64,000 nucleotides of DNA. It comes from Candidatus Latescibacterota bacterium. Lineage in GTDB: Bacteria; Latescibacterota; UBA2968; GCA-2709665. The DNA lies in assembly GCA_965248435.1 (NCBI GenBank), contig OZ252100.1:4352001-4416000 (forward strand). Direction: 5' to 3'. The notes beneath the pieces are model-generated. The model had not been told where the DNA came from. It did no database searches and saw only the letters and a list, made by a program, of their open reading frames with translations. Below, in pieces: positions 63,527 through 64,000 of the stretch. The translations under genes were made by a program, and so were the position numbers. Position 1 is the first letter of the stretch, and the number at the start of each line of letters is the position of its first letter.

Positions 63527-63727
63527 GGCGGGCCTCCTGGTCGCTTCAAATGCTTACTTGAAATGTAGGCAATGCGAGAGATGGTGGATCTCAACCACCC
63601 AAGATCCAAATTCTGGTGATTTCGAGAATCCCACATCGCAAAATCGGGAGTGAGCCAGAGCGGGATTCTGAGTTCATGTGTATAAATAATAAAGACTTGA
63701 AAACTATTCGATTCTATTTCCGCAGGA

Positions 63728-63743
63728 CGGCACGAAACATGCG
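63728..63743 (+). promoter_or_regulatory. Putative sigma54 (-24/-12) promoter
   Basis: CGGCAC-gaaac-ATGCG gives GG-N10-GC; IHF-like taataaagacttg at 63687-63699. Confidence 0.45.
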
Positions 63744-63821
63744 ATCATCGTTGTTGAAAGCTCATGAACCGAGTCGGAGCCGGTATCCTATGCCCGGAGC
63801 ATATCAAAGGGGTGTTTTGTT

Positions 63822-64000
63822 ATGGAAAGTGCCCATTTCAGAGCGTTTGATGAGCCCGCGGAATCGTTTCATCGCTACATGAAAGATGTCGCCCAAACCC
63901 ATCCATTGAGCAATCAGGAAGAGACAGCCCTGGCCATCCGAATCAAGCAGGGGGACTTGAAGGCGCGGGACGAGCTGGTGAAGGCCAATCTGAAGTTCGT
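63822..64000 (+). CDS. Second RpoD/SigA-family sigma factor (N-terminal part; runs off window; not in ORF track)
   Basis: MESAHFRAFDEPAESFHRYMKDVAQTHPLSNQEETALAIRIKQGDLKARDELVKANLKF; parallels regions 1.2-2.1 of the 48984-49841 gene. Confidence 0.88.
   Translation, partial: MESAHFRAFDEPAESFHRYMKDVAQTHPLSNQEETALAIRIKQGDLKARDELVKANLKF

Overview
About 57-60% GC bacterial chromosome, mostly core energy metabolism. The lineage is probably FCB/Latescibacterota-like; this is inferred from short region-1.1-less RpoD-type sigma factors, a dockerin/EF-hand secreted protein and a PVM-like microcompartment locus. In order: sdhA (3' part)-sdhB-hypothetical-fumC; an intact IS30 with IRs and a 2-bp target duplication; wecB; a convergent E. 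coli-type frdABCD; a serine hydrolase plus DSD1-type PLP enzyme; DUF393; trpS preceded by an unannotated Trp-rich leader peptide and terminator; GNAT; GT2; a complex I cluster (nuoA-CD-E-F-G-H-J-K-L-M-[ion transporter]-N, lacking nuoB and nuoI) running into a full F0F1 atp operon; nadE; ppiD-like; M23 peptidase; rhomboid; DUF2723; PHP hydrolase; rpoD-like; degP; a bacterial microcompartment (BMC) locus; a dockerin-like secreted protein; a cNMP-binding protein; a receiver domain; and a second partial sigma factor. The main signals missing from the ORF track are: (1) a ribosome-mediated Trp attenuator on trpS; (2) degenerate 7-mer tandem/inverted repeats in many intergenic gaps, one copy of which is the IS30 target; (3) a strong-SD start-stop (ATG-TAG) mini-ORF in a structured rpoD leader; (4) a 29-aa membrane microprotein upstream of the BMC operon. 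All product calls come from motif recognition by eye; no database search was run.
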